The notes under the pieces: model-generated
What the model was told of the DNA's origin: nothing
Seen by the model: only the letters and a program-made list of their open reading frames with translations
Database searches by the model: none
Part shown: one piece after another, positions 1 through 9,402 of the stretch
Layout of the letters: each line of letters opens with the position of its first letter
Numbering within the stretch: the stretch's first letter is position 1
Sequence record: DRR378314_2238
Reading direction: 5' to 3' (one strand)
DNA: 64,000 bases
Program-made: the position numbers and the translations under genes

Positions 1-244
1 TGCAGTTCAAACTGAACTTCGCTCGCTAAGCAGCTTTGCAACTTACCGATGAGCCGCTGATTTTCACTTTTGAGGGCCAGAAGTAAACTTACCCAAATCC
101 GGATTGATAGGGGCCGCTGGACCATGAACCCTAGCGATAATCGCGCCAGGTTATTGGTCTGACTCACGGGACAATCGATCTGGGACCAAGCTTTCAAGCA
201 AACCTGGCGCGAGACAAAATTGTTCCAACGCGAGGTGATGTGAA

Positions 245-1294
245 ATGAACATGTTTTCAATGGCCCTTTTGTCCAAACGCGCGCTTACGGTTTCCGGCGC
301 CTGTTGGATTGCGGCAGCGGCGGGCGCGACCGACTTGCCCAAGCCAGAGGGGCTGCAACAGATCGTCGATGATACGGCCAAGTGGGAACACGTACATTCC
401 GCCCAGTGCTTCACCGAAGGTATCGCAAGTGACGCGGACGGAAATGTCTATTTCAGCGATATTGCTTCAACGGCAGATTGCTCGGACGCGGGGCATCAAG
501 AAGGAACGATCCTGAAATTTGATGCGGGTCAAAACGCGGTTTCAGTATTTCGCTCGCCCAGCGGCCAGTCGAACGGGTTGATCATTGGTGACAACGGAGA
601 CCTCTTTGTGGCGCAAGGTGCCGATTTTGGCGGCCGTCGCGTTTCGCGAATTGATGCAGAAACCGGACGATCGCATGTGGTGGCACACAGCTATCAGGGT
701 CGGCGGTTGAACTCGCCCAATGACCTGACGATTGGGCCGGATGGTTTGATCTATTTTACAGACCCGAGATACAGCGGTCATGAATCAATCGAGCAACCAA
801 TTCAGGGTGTGTATCGTATTGAAAATGATGGCAACGCAACTCTGGTAGTTGCAGATGCTGTCAAACCGAACGGTCTTGCGTTTTCACCGGATGGCAGCAA
901 GCTGTATGTCGCTGCTGCAAATGACAACAGTTCAACGGATTACAGCCGACATGTGAAGGATCAGCCGGTTCATGCGGGCCTGATGGCTGTCCTGGAATAT
1001 CCGGTAAACGATGACGGCAGTGTTGGCCCCCGCAAAATTCTCGTTGACTATGAGGGCGTAAATACTTTGGGCCCCGACGGGATAAACGTCGATGCCTCGG
1101 GTAACTTGTATGTTGCCCTGTTCGGAGTGGATGAGCCGGGGATTTATGTCTATGCGCCGGATGGCCAGCAGATTGGCCGTTTCCCGACCGGCGACGTCTG
1201 GCCAACCAATACAGAATTTGTCCGCCAACCGGACGGAGCTAACTTCCTGTATATGACTGGGGGTGCGGATTTGTATCGCATTCGCCTGAAGTAA
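245..1294 (+). CDS. Secreted SMP-30/gluconolactonase/LRE-family beta-propeller protein
   Basis: N-terminal signal-like segment; FTEG, SNGL, LNSPNDL, YFTDP, PNGLAFSPDG, PDGINVD motifs. Confidence 0.9.
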   Translation: MNMFSMALLSKRALTVSGACWIAAAAGATDLPKPEGLQQIVDDTAKWEHVHSAQCFTEGIASDADGNVYFSDIASTADCSDAGHQEGTILKFDAGQNAVSVFRSPSGQSNGLIIGDNGDLFVAQGADFGGRRVSRIDAETGRSHVVAHSYQGRRLNSPNDLTIGPDGLIYFTDPRYSGHESIEQPIQGVYRIENDGNATLVVADAVKPNGLAFSPDGSKLYVAAANDNSSTDYSRHVKDQPVHAGLMAVLEYPVNDDGSVGPRKILVDYEGVNTLGPDGINVDASGNLYVALFGVDEPGIYVYAPDGQQIGRFPTGDVWPTNTEFVRQPDGANFLYMTGGADLYRIRLK

Positions 1295-1308
1295 CGAACG
1301 CAATGCCT

Positions 1309-1337
1309 GGGGTCCACGCAAGGAAGGCGTGGACCCC
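1309..1337. terminator. Hairpin between convergent genes (probable bidirectional terminator)
   Basis: GGGGTCCACGC-N7-GCGTGGACCCC perfect 11-bp stem. Confidence 0.7.
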
Positions 1338-1348
1338 GTCGAGGCGGT

Positions 1349-2299
1349 TCAGGTTTTGCGGGCCAGCTTCAGAACGGCGTTGGCGGCAGCGATGTCTTCC
1401 AGACCTAACCCAATGGACCGAAAGAACACTGGCCGATCACTGCCGGGCAGCGGGCAATTATCTGTTGCAAGCTCTGCCAGATCGCCCTTGATCTCGCTGG
1501 CGGACCAACCGTTTTCTTGTGCAGCCAGAACCATTTCCCCTGCGGAGGCAGGCGTGGTTTCACGGTAATCGCAATAGACTTGTGCTTGCGAAAGCCAGGC
1601 TGGATCAACCTCATGGGCGCGGGCGACGTTGGTGCTGATTGATGTCACCAGAGCGCCGGGTTGCACAGCTTTGGTATCAATCACCGGGGTGCCCGACGAT
1701 GTACACAACATCACCACATCCGCGTCTTTAGTGCAGTTTTCAGCGCTGTCGCTGAACTGTACATTTGCGGACAAACTGCGCCATTCTGCCTTTCGGCCCG
1801 CGTTCGCCTCCAGCCCCGGAGAGAAGACACGCACCTCGTCCCACTCCCGCAGGCTTTGTACGTGGCGGAAATGGGCTTGTGCAACGGCTCCACTGCCGAT
1901 GATTGCCAGTTTGTGGGCCTCTTTCTTAGCAAGGAAATCTACGGCCAATGCTGTTGTGCCTGCTGTGCGCTCTGTCGTGAGTTGCCCTGCGTCGCACAAA
2001 AGCAGAGGCAGACCAGTTTCCATGGACATCAGAAGGGTCCAGGCTGTGATGATCGGCTTTCCCCCGGTAACCAGATAGGGTGACAATTTGGCGCCGAAAG
2101 TTGCGGCCTGCGCCTGCGCCCCGAGATAGGTGATATAGTCGCCGCGATCATCGGGAAACAGGGTCAGTGTTTGCGCCGGTTGCGCGGCCTGTTTGTGACC
2201 AAGTTCCGCGAACATACTGCGCAGTTCGGTGACCAGATCAATACGCGGTATCAGGTCCGCAATCTGTTCAGCGTTCAGGATGATAGGAGTGTCGGGCAT
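1349..2299 (-). CDS. dauB: Ornithine cyclodeaminase/mu-crystallin family, DauB-like NAD(P)H-dependent L-arginine dehydrogenase
   Basis: TAWTLLMSM, LTTERTAGTTALAVD, LCTSS, TSISTN..RAHEV, YCDYR.TTP.SAGEM, FFRSIGLGLED match P. aeruginosa DauB as recalled; start set at MPDTP. Confidence 0.8.
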   Translation of the reverse strand: MPDTPIILNAEQIADLIPRIDLVTELRSMFAELGHKQAAQPAQTLTLFPDDRGDYITYLGAQAQAATFGAKLSPYLVTGGKPIITAWTLLMSMETGLPLLLCDAGQLTTERTAGTTALAVDFLAKKEAHKLAIIGSGAVAQAHFRHVQSLREWDEVRVFSPGLEANAGRKAEWRSLSANVQFSDSAENCTKDADVVMLCTSSGTPVIDTKAVQPGALVTSISTNVARAHEVDPAWLSQAQVYCDYRETTPASAGEMVLAAQENGWSASEIKGDLAELATDNCPLPGSDRPVFFRSIGLGLEDIAAANAVLKLARKT

Positions 2300-2310
2300 G
2301 TTTTTGTCCT

Positions 2311-3465
2311 TCAACATAGGGTCTGGATCAGGCGAGTCAGAAAAGTCTGGCCTTGTTGCAGTTGTTTGGCAGAAATGAATTCATCCGGCCCGTGGGCCTG
2401 TTCGATGCTGCCCGGACCACAGATCACGGTAGAGTATCCGGTAGCCTGAAAATGCCCGGCTTCTGTCTGGTATGAGACGAACCGGTCATCGTTGTCACCT
2501 GTCAGGCCGCGCACCAGTTGCGCTGCTGTGCCTTGGGGTTCCGGGTTTAGTGCGGGTATGTTCTCGGGCACTTCGACAACGATATGGGCATCACCATGTT
2601 GCGCCTTCATTGCGCTTTGTGCGACTTGAACAATGTTCTGATAGCGCGCCACCCAATCCGCGCCGGTTTCGGGTGGGACAAAGCGTATGTCGCTTTCCAG
2701 AACGCAGGTCTCGGGGATCGTGTTCAGCGCGATACCGCCATGAATTGTGCCAACCTGGGCTGTTGAATAAGGCGGCGTGAAGCCATTCGGCGGCGTCCGC
2801 GAGGCATGCTTTGTAGTTTCATCCTTATGCCATTGGATCAATGTGGCAGCAGCTTCGATCGCCGAGACGCCAAGATCCGGGCGCGACGAATGTGCCGCCT
2901 TGCCGGTGATCGTCGTTGTCAAACCAAGGCCGCCTTTGTGGCCGGTGACCAAACCCATCATGCTGGGTTCGCCAACGATCACTGATGATGCGCGGGGCAG
3001 GTGATCTTGCAGTGCCTGCAGGATCGGCTGTGTGCCGAGACAGCCGATTTCTTCGTCAAAGGAAAAGGCAAACTGTATTGGGCGAACCAGCGGGGCAGCG
3101 GCCATCTGAGGAACGGCTGCTAATACAAGGGCCAGAAACCCCTTCATATCGCAGGTACCGCGTCCGTAGTAATTACCGCCTCTGCAGGTCAACGTCCATG
3201 GGTCAGAAGCCCAGTTCTGCCCTTCCACGGGTACGACATCCGTATGACCGGACAGCAATACGCCGCCGTCGACTTGTGGCCCTATATGCGCAATCAGCCC
3301 CAGCTTGTCGCCAAAGGCGTCGGGCAAAAGGTGGAAACTGACTTTTTGGCGTTTCAAAAGGGCAGAAATATACTCGATCAGATCGGTGTTAGAACGGTGT
3401 GAAACAGTGGGAAAGCGGACCAGCTGTTCCAGTATTTCAAGCTCTGCGCTCAGATCACGGATCAT
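2311..3465 (-). CDS. argE: M20 family acetylornithine deacetylase
   Basis: LSGHTDVVP, GRGTCDMKG, FDEEIGC, VGEP, QAHGPDE motifs. Confidence 0.85.
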   Translation of the reverse strand: MIRDLSAELEILEQLVRFPTVSHRSNTDLIEYISALLKRQKVSFHLLPDAFGDKLGLIAHIGPQVDGGVLLSGHTDVVPVEGQNWASDPWTLTCRGGNYYGRGTCDMKGFLALVLAAVPQMAAAPLVRPIQFAFSFDEEIGCLGTQPILQALQDHLPRASSVIVGEPSMMGLVTGHKGGLGLTTTITGKAAHSSRPDLGVSAIEAAATLIQWHKDETTKHASRTPPNGFTPPYSTAQVGTIHGGIALNTIPETCVLESDIRFVPPETGADWVARYQNIVQVAQSAMKAQHGDAHIVVEVPENIPALNPEPQGTAAQLVRGLTGDNDDRFVSYQTEAGHFQATGYSTVICGPGSIEQAHGPDEFISAKQLQQGQTFLTRLIQTLC

Positions 3466-4070
3466 TTCGCAACGGCCCGGAGGTCATTGTAGATCGTCGC
3501 ACGGCTGACGCCCAATAGTCTGGCGACATAGGCGGCGGCATTGCGCTCGGCCAATGCGTTTGAGGTCTCCAGCGCATTGACCAGTGCGCGCCGATCTTCG
3601 CGATCAAGCGAGTCCACACGCGTGTTGCGATGTGCGCACCAGTCGCTGACAAAGACATTCAGGCGCTCGTGCCAGTCATTGCGAAACAGTGAATCCGGCT
3701 GCGCGGAAGCGACCTGTGCCGGTTGCAGATTGCGCACCAATTGGCTGAGCTGTTGCAGGTCTGCCTGATCGTGATTGATGCACAGGACAAGTCTTGCAAT
3801 TCCTGCTTCGTCGCGGAGCACAACGCTGATCGATCTGAGTATGCTGCCGTCCCAATTCACCTTTTCATAGGGGCCGATTACGGTTTCACCGGGCCGAAAT
3901 TCGGTTTCATGCATATTCGACGGATCGCCCGGTTTGCGCTGCGAAAACGGGTTTTCGATCGAGGCAATGGAATCCGTGTCGAGGTCGTGGAGCACGACCT
4001 CGACACGGTTGCCAAATAGCATTGGAATCGCGCGGGTTAGTGCCTCTGCGTTTGCCCTTAGGTCCTGCAT
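3462..4070 (-). CDS. YheO/DauR-like PAS + HTH transcriptional regulator
   Basis: EVVLHDL, LRSIS, LCIN, C-terminal VARLLGVSRATIYNDL. Confidence 0.85.
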   Translation of the reverse strand: MQDLRANAEALTRAIPMLFGNRVEVVLHDLDTDSIASIENPFSQRKPGDPSNMHETEFRPGETVIGPYEKVNWDGSILRSISVVLRDEAGIARLVLCINHDQADLQQLSQLVRNLQPAQVASAQPDSLFRNDWHERLNVFVSDWCAHRNTRVDSLDREDRRALVNALETSNALAERNAAAYVARLLGVSRATIYNDLRAVAK

Positions 4071-4071
4071 C

Positions 4072-5211
4072 TTAGCGACCTGCTAGAATGTTACCTGTCA
4101 GGTCATTGAGCAGGGACAGTCCTTCACGCAAGTGGTCTTCGGGTAGGGCCGAACTGAACCGAAAGTGGTTTTCTACGCCGAAACGCGATCCGGGGATCAC
4201 CAAAATGTCTTTCTCTTTCAACAGCCGCATCGCCAGATTCTCGGATGATATGGGCAGGTCGAAACGGACAAAGGACATGGCCGATGCCTTTGGCGGTACG
4301 ACGTCGTAGACACCGGGGTGCCGGGCCAGTTCATCCGTCAGAACATCAAAACCTGTCCGGATTAATTGTCGCGCACGGGATTTTAGCTTGGACCGCGTTG
4401 GTTCTGCCAGAGCGATATCAGCCAATTCCATGGACAGCATCGATGCCGCTATCGACGCGTATTCGTGGCGTCGCCAGCTTTGGGTGATGACGTCTTCGGG
4501 CCCGACAAGCCAACCCAGTCGCAGGCCCGGTAGGCCGTAAGCCTTGGACATGGAGTTGACGATCAGAACCTTGTCATAACTGCCCCAGAAAGACGGTGTT
4601 TCTGCGTCGCCTTGACGCTCGGTTCCGGCATAGACCTCATCCGCCACGATCCAGGCACCCACGCGGTTTGCCGCGTCTATGATCGCAGCGCGGTCTTGGT
4701 CGGAAATGACCTGACCAGTCGGGTTGTTCGGGTTGACGACATGGATGATGCGGGTTTTGTCATCCACTGCATTGTTCAAGCCATCTTGGTCGATTGCCCA
4801 GCCATCGGCCTCGACCAGATCGACCCAGCGCACTTCGTTCCCATGGTTTTGGGCATTGCCCGAAATCTGTTCATAGGTGGGGCGGAAACAGATCACGTTG
4901 TCGCCGTGCTGCAAAAGCGTATTTGCGACCAGAGTATTGGCTTCGGTTGCGCCCACCGTAATCATAACACCGTCTGATGACGCGCCGGGATAGAAGCCGG
5001 CGATGGTATCGCGCAGCGATTGCTTTCCGTTGACTTGCGGGTAATCCAACATGGTTTGCATCAATTGCGACATGTCCAGATCGGCCAGATCGACAAGGCC
5101 CTGCAGCGACATCGGGTGTACGCCACTTTCTGAGAAATTGTAGACGACCCCGTGCTCAAGCTCTGAGAGGAATTGTTCGACTTGGAAGGGCGCGAAAGAT
5201 GCGAGTGTCAT
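4072..5211 (-). CDS. Class I/II PLP-dependent aminotransferase-fold enzyme (capreomycidine synthase VioD-like subfamily)
   Basis: NPNNPTG, DEVY, SMSKAYGLPGLRLGW; N-terminal FSESGVH; RBS AGGAG upstream of MTLASF. Confidence 0.85.
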   Translation of the reverse strand: MTLASFAPFQVEQFLSELEHGVVYNFSESGVHPMSLQGLVDLADLDMSQLMQTMLDYPQVNGKQSLRDTIAGFYPGASSDGVMITVGATEANTLVANTLLQHGDNVICFRPTYEQISGNAQNHGNEVRWVDLVEADGWAIDQDGLNNAVDDKTRIIHVVNPNNPTGQVISDQDRAAIIDAANRVGAWIVADEVYAGTERQGDAETPSFWGSYDKVLIVNSMSKAYGLPGLRLGWLVGPEDVITQSWRRHEYASIAASMLSMELADIALAEPTRSKLKSRARQLIRTGFDVLTDELARHPGVYDVVPPKASAMSFVRFDLPISSENLAMRLLKEKDILVIPGSRFGVENHFRFSSALPEDHLREGLSLLNDLTGNILAGR

Positions 5212-5366
5212 GAGGTGGCCGTCTCCTGATGTCAGCATGGGATTTGACGAAAACATCAAAATTAGATAGTTCAGTCTAATCGCGCGGTCAAGGCTCCGAT
5301 TGAGCGGGCAACAGTTAAACAGACATTAAGGGCTTTCACGGCCTGAAGGACCAAAGCAAGCTAACC

Positions 5367-6284
5367 ATGAATAACAGTCCGAAAGACCACACAAGATTTC
5401 AGGATGTTGACCTGAAACTGTTCCATGTTTTCGCCAAGGTCGTCGAAGCCGGGGGTCTGTCCAGCGCCCAATATGATCTGAACATGAGCCTTTCGGCGAT
5501 CAGTACCGCGATCTCGAATCTGGAAACGCGATTGGGTTTCCGCGTCTGCGAAAGAGGGCGCAGCGGCTTTCAGGTCACAGAAGGCGGTCATCTGGTTTAT
5601 TCTCAGCTCAGCCACCTCAATTCAGCGCTTAACCGATTTGAAAGCTCGTTGGATGCGTTCAAGGGGGATATGCGGGGTCAGTTCATCGTCGCCATGGATG
5701 ACGGAATTCTGACCAATCTGAGATGCCCGATTTACAAGGTGATCAGATCTTTCATCACCAGCTTCCCGGACATTGATCTTCATATGTCGATCATGACTGC
5801 ACCAAGAATGGAAAGGGCCTTGCTAAATGATGAGTTGAACGTGGCCATTGGTCCGTTCCTCGAAATCTCGAATGCGCTCGAGTCGGTGGTGGTTCACAGT
5901 GAAAAACAATTGTTATGTTGCGGCCGTGGGCACCCCGCATATGGGGTCGAGGACAAGGACGCGCTGGCAGAAGTCGTGCCGAGATCCGAATATTCCGCGC
6001 GAAAATACGACGATGCCAAGCACAACGCCCCGTCTGGCTCACCGTCCGAGACGACTACGGCGTCTACCGTCGAGGCCATGTTGGGTATGGTTTTAAGCGG
6101 AAAGTACCTTGGCTACTTGCCACGTCATGTTTGCGAGCGTTGGATCGAAAACGCGGAAATTTGGCCGTTAGATCCGAAAACCTATTCGTACAATACGGAT
6201 ATCAAGGTCGCATTTAGGCGGCAACGTAAGGATCGCCGTGCTGAGAAGTTTCTGGCGGCGCTAAACGAAGTACAAAAAATCTAA
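5367..6284 (+). CDS. LysR family regulator (BauR/GbuR-like), divergent from the aminotransferase operon
   Basis: DLKLFHVFAKVVEAGGLSSAQ...LETRLGFRVCERGRSGF HTH. Confidence 0.9.
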   Translation: MNNSPKDHTRFQDVDLKLFHVFAKVVEAGGLSSAQYDLNMSLSAISTAISNLETRLGFRVCERGRSGFQVTEGGHLVYSQLSHLNSALNRFESSLDAFKGDMRGQFIVAMDDGILTNLRCPIYKVIRSFITSFPDIDLHMSIMTAPRMERALLNDELNVAIGPFLEISNALESVVVHSEKQLLCCGRGHPAYGVEDKDALAEVVPRSEYSARKYDDAKHNAPSGSPSETTTASTVEAMLGMVLSGKYLGYLPRHVCERWIENAEIWPLDPKTYSYNTDIKVAFRRQRKDRRAEKFLAALNEVQKI

Positions 6285-6382
6285 GCAACGTCACTTCTGA
6301 CGGACAAGAGTACACTTTTGCATCTTGGGGTTCTTACATCGGCTTCCCCGGAACATATTGAGCAAAACCAAAGGACGACCTC

Positions 6383-7312
6383 ATGGGAAACTTGCCACCT
6401 GTGTGTGCGGCATCCGTGACACCGGTCGACGTGACCGGATCTGTAGACACCCCCAAACTAGCGGCACATTGCCGTTGGTTGCTGGATAACGGGTGCGATG
6501 GCATTGTTCTTTTTGGGACAACTGGTGAGGCGGCATCATTCGGAATCGGTGAAAGACAAGCCGTTCTGGAAGCGATGCTCGCGTCCGGTATCCAGGCGGA
6601 TCAGTTGGTGATTGGTACCGGTTGCTGCTCGGTCGAAGATACAGTGGTTCTTAGCCGACACGCTTTGCAGCAGGGATGCGCAGGGGTGTTGGTTCACCCG
6701 CCATATTTTTTTCGCCCGGCTTCCGACGCCGGTATTCTAGCATTCTTTGTCGGAGTGGTTGAGGCTTTGGGCAACGACGCCTGCGGCCTGATCCTTTATC
6801 ACTTCCCCGAAGCAACAGGCGCCCCAATAAGCCAGACACTTATCAGACAATTGACTGATCGTTATCCCGGTGTTTTTGTTGGGATAAAGGATAGCACTGG
6901 CTGCCTTGAGGATATGCTTGCAGTGGTCCAGCGGTTTCCTGAACTAAAGGTATTCACCGGAGATGATCACCTGCTTTGGCCGCTGCTTGAAGCCGGAGGA
7001 CATGGGGCTATAACTGCGACTGCGAATCTTGTGCCAAACTTGCTGGCGCAAGTCCGGGAGGACTGGCCATCGAAAAGCGAAGCGGTGTGTACTGCACACG
7101 AGAAACTCTCGCTTCTATGGGAGGACGTGTTGCTGAAATTTCCTGTGAGTGAAGCGGTGAAAGACGTAATCGCCTCAGTCTCCGGCGACGAAGGATGGCG
7201 GGCGTTGCGTCCTCCGCTTTTGCCGCTTTCGGCACCCCGTAACGCGCAGCTTGTTCAATTGACAGCACCGTTTGAAATTCAGTTTCCCGAAGGGCTTGGG
7301 AGAGAGGCATAG
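6383..7312 (+). CDS. Dihydrodipicolinate synthase/N-acetylneuraminate lyase family (class I aldolase)
   Basis: GTTGE, PPYF, LYHFP, GIKDS (Schiff-base Lys). Confidence 0.9.
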   Translation: MGNLPPVCAASVTPVDVTGSVDTPKLAAHCRWLLDNGCDGIVLFGTTGEAASFGIGERQAVLEAMLASGIQADQLVIGTGCCSVEDTVVLSRHALQQGCAGVLVHPPYFFRPASDAGILAFFVGVVEALGNDACGLILYHFPEATGAPISQTLIRQLTDRYPGVFVGIKDSTGCLEDMLAVVQRFPELKVFTGDDHLLWPLLEAGGHGAITATANLVPNLLAQVREDWPSKSEAVCTAHEKLSLLWEDVLLKFPVSEAVKDVIASVSGDEGWRALRPPLLPLSAPRNAQLVQLTAPFEIQFPEGLGREA

Positions 7313-7313
7313 C

Positions 7314-8339
7314 ATGATCGAACCGTCAGATTTTCCCACCCTTCAAGACATTATGAGCGCGCGCAAGCGGATTGATCCGATCGTCCGACGAACCCCGTTG
7401 ATATTCTCGGAGTATTTGTCGGAACGCGCCGGGTATGAGATTTGGCTCAAGCTTGAGAATTTGCAGAAAACAGGTAGTTTCAAGATACGCGGGGCCTCGA
7501 ACCGTATTCTGCAAATGACTGACGATGAGCGCGAACGCGGTATCATCGCCGTGTCCAGCGGCAACCACGGACGCGCCGTGGCCTATCTTGCGAAACGCTT
7601 GGGCATCTCGGCGAAGATTGTGGTTTGTGACCTTTGTCCTGAAAACAAGCGCGCCGCTATGCGATCTTACGGGGCAGAGGTCATCGTATACGGTGACACC
7701 CAGGATGACGCCCAGGCGCATGCCGATCAGCTAATCGCGAGCGAAGGCTATACTTGGGCGGACCCTTATGACGATCTGCGGGTGATTGCAGGGCAGGGCA
7801 CGATCGCACTGGAGGCTTTTGCCGATCTGCCGGATGCGGACACAATCATTGCCCCATTGTCGGGTGGGGGCCTATTGTCGGGCATCGCCTTGGCGTCCAA
7901 GGCAATATCGCCGAATGTGTCAGTTATTGGTTCGTCCATGGAGATCGAGCCGGGCATGGTGCGAAGCCTAGAAGCAGGTAAGCCCGTACATGTGGAAGAA
8001 CACCCAAGCCTGGCCAGCAGTATTACCGGCGCGATTGGACTTCGGAACCAGTGCACGTTTCCCATTATCCGAGATCTGATGGACCATGCTGTTCTTGTCT
8101 CCGAAGAAAGCCTCACCAGTGAGATGCGGCGTTTTGCAGACCATGAGGGCATGATTGTCGAAGGCGGTTCGATCACGTCCGTTCTGGCGGCGTTATCCCC
8201 TGGCGTCAAAGATCGAAATCCGAAGAGGGCAATCGTAGTGATGAGCGGGCGAAACATCGACCTCGGTACATTTTATCGTGTCACGCAAGGAAATGAGGGC
8301 GAAAGCCGAGCCACTTGGGAACCGTCCAACCATGCCTGA
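7314..8339 (+). CDS. PLP threonine/serine dehydratase family, EutB-like
   Basis: KLENLQKTGSFKIRGA, SSGNHG, PLSGGGL, SGRNID. Confidence 0.85.
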   Translation: MIEPSDFPTLQDIMSARKRIDPIVRRTPLIFSEYLSERAGYEIWLKLENLQKTGSFKIRGASNRILQMTDDERERGIIAVSSGNHGRAVAYLAKRLGISAKIVVCDLCPENKRAAMRSYGAEVIVYGDTQDDAQAHADQLIASEGYTWADPYDDLRVIAGQGTIALEAFADLPDADTIIAPLSGGGLLSGIALASKAISPNVSVIGSSMEIEPGMVRSLEAGKPVHVEEHPSLASSITGAIGLRNQCTFPIIRDLMDHAVLVSEESLTSEMRRFADHEGMIVEGGSITSVLAALSPGVKDRNPKRAIVVMSGRNIDLGTFYRVTQGNEGESRATWEPSNHA

Positions 8340-8392
8340 GGTGACGGTAGTCTTTGAAAATTCACCTGCTTGAGTTCTATCCCGCCGCGATA

Positions 8393-9298
8393 CTAAAACT
8401 TGGGCTTAAAGCTCTGCTCGATTATCGTTTCCAAAATGCGCTGAGCGCGGGACAGGCGGACCCCAACGGGGAAGGCCGCCTCAAATACTGCATCATAGGA
8501 AAACTGTTCCGGACAAATCTGCCTCATCCGACCGGCCTCGAGATATGATTTTGCACATTGGGCGGGCAAGTGACCTAGAGACTGCCCTGACAAGATGGCC
8601 GCTGCGATGCCATCCATATTACCGCTGTGGATGTTTTCCTGCGCGGGTTTCAGGCCACCTGGCCGTAATGAACCCCCGTAATAGGATCGCGATGCGTAGT
8701 CATAGGATTCAATGTCAGCAGGATCAGCTTGGGGGGCATCGAACAGGGGATGACCGACACCGCAATACAATGCCTGCTGTTCTTTGAACAACGAAACATA
8801 CCTTAGCCCGGGCGCATGGTTGGGGAAGGTGTGAATGCCCATATGAAGCTTTTGCTCTAATATCCGGCGCTCAATCTCTAGCGGCTCCATAACGCGCAGA
8901 TGCAGTTTGACCTGAGGCATTGCGTCTCGCAGGTCAGACAGGATGCGATCCATCGGGAAATCTTCGTTTCCTAAGAGAGCATCAGCAGTGGCAATCTGCA
9001 GCTGGCCTGTAATCTCACCACGCACGCTGTTGGCCCGTGCGACAAATGTCTGGCAATCCCGCAACAGCTCGGTCGCTATCTGATAGATTTCATGCCCTTC
9101 TTCGGTCAGCGCGAAACCAGCGCGTCCACGACGGCACAGACGCATGCCCAATCGTGTTTCCAGATCGTTCATCTGTGTGCTGATTGTCGACTGGCTGACG
9201 TTCAGGGCAATTTGTGCGCGAGAAAACCCTCCGGCTTCAGCTACGGCAACAAAGACACGCAAAAGATGAAGGTCCGGGGTGGAAATCGACGTGAGCAT
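8393..9298 (-). CDS. LysR family regulator (BauR/GbuR-like)
   Basis: DLHLLRVFVAVAEAGGFSRAQ...LETRLGMRLCRRGRAGF. Confidence 0.9.
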   Translation of the reverse strand: MLTSISTPDLHLLRVFVAVAEAGGFSRAQIALNVSQSTISTQMNDLETRLGMRLCRRGRAGFALTEEGHEIYQIATELLRDCQTFVARANSVRGEITGQLQIATADALLGNEDFPMDRILSDLRDAMPQVKLHLRVMEPLEIERRILEQKLHMGIHTFPNHAPGLRYVSLFKEQQALYCGVGHPLFDAPQADPADIESYDYASRSYYGGSLRPGGLKPAQENIHSGNMDGIAAAILSGQSLGHLPAQCAKSYLEAGRMRQICPEQFSYDAVFEAAFPVGVRLSRAQRILETIIEQSFKPKF

Positions 9299-9302
9299 TC
9301 AG

Positions 9303-9326
9303 TTCCTACGATCTTTATAGATGTAA
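9303..9326. promoter_or_regulatory. Candidate LysR operator (degenerate copy of the 12907 palindrome)
   Basis: TTCCTACGA-N6-TAGATGTAA in the divergent LysR/ureohydrolase spacer. Confidence 0.4.
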
Positions 9327-9402
9327 TCATTGTTTATCATGTGTTGTCTGGCGGTAATCAAGCGTGATTTCTGTCTTTCAAAGACAACATAGGGTTATTC
9401 TC

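Noticed and set aside
1-30. CTGAA-CTTCGC-TCGCTA as another island operator
   Set aside because: Poor match, over 200 nt from the next start and truncated by the window edge
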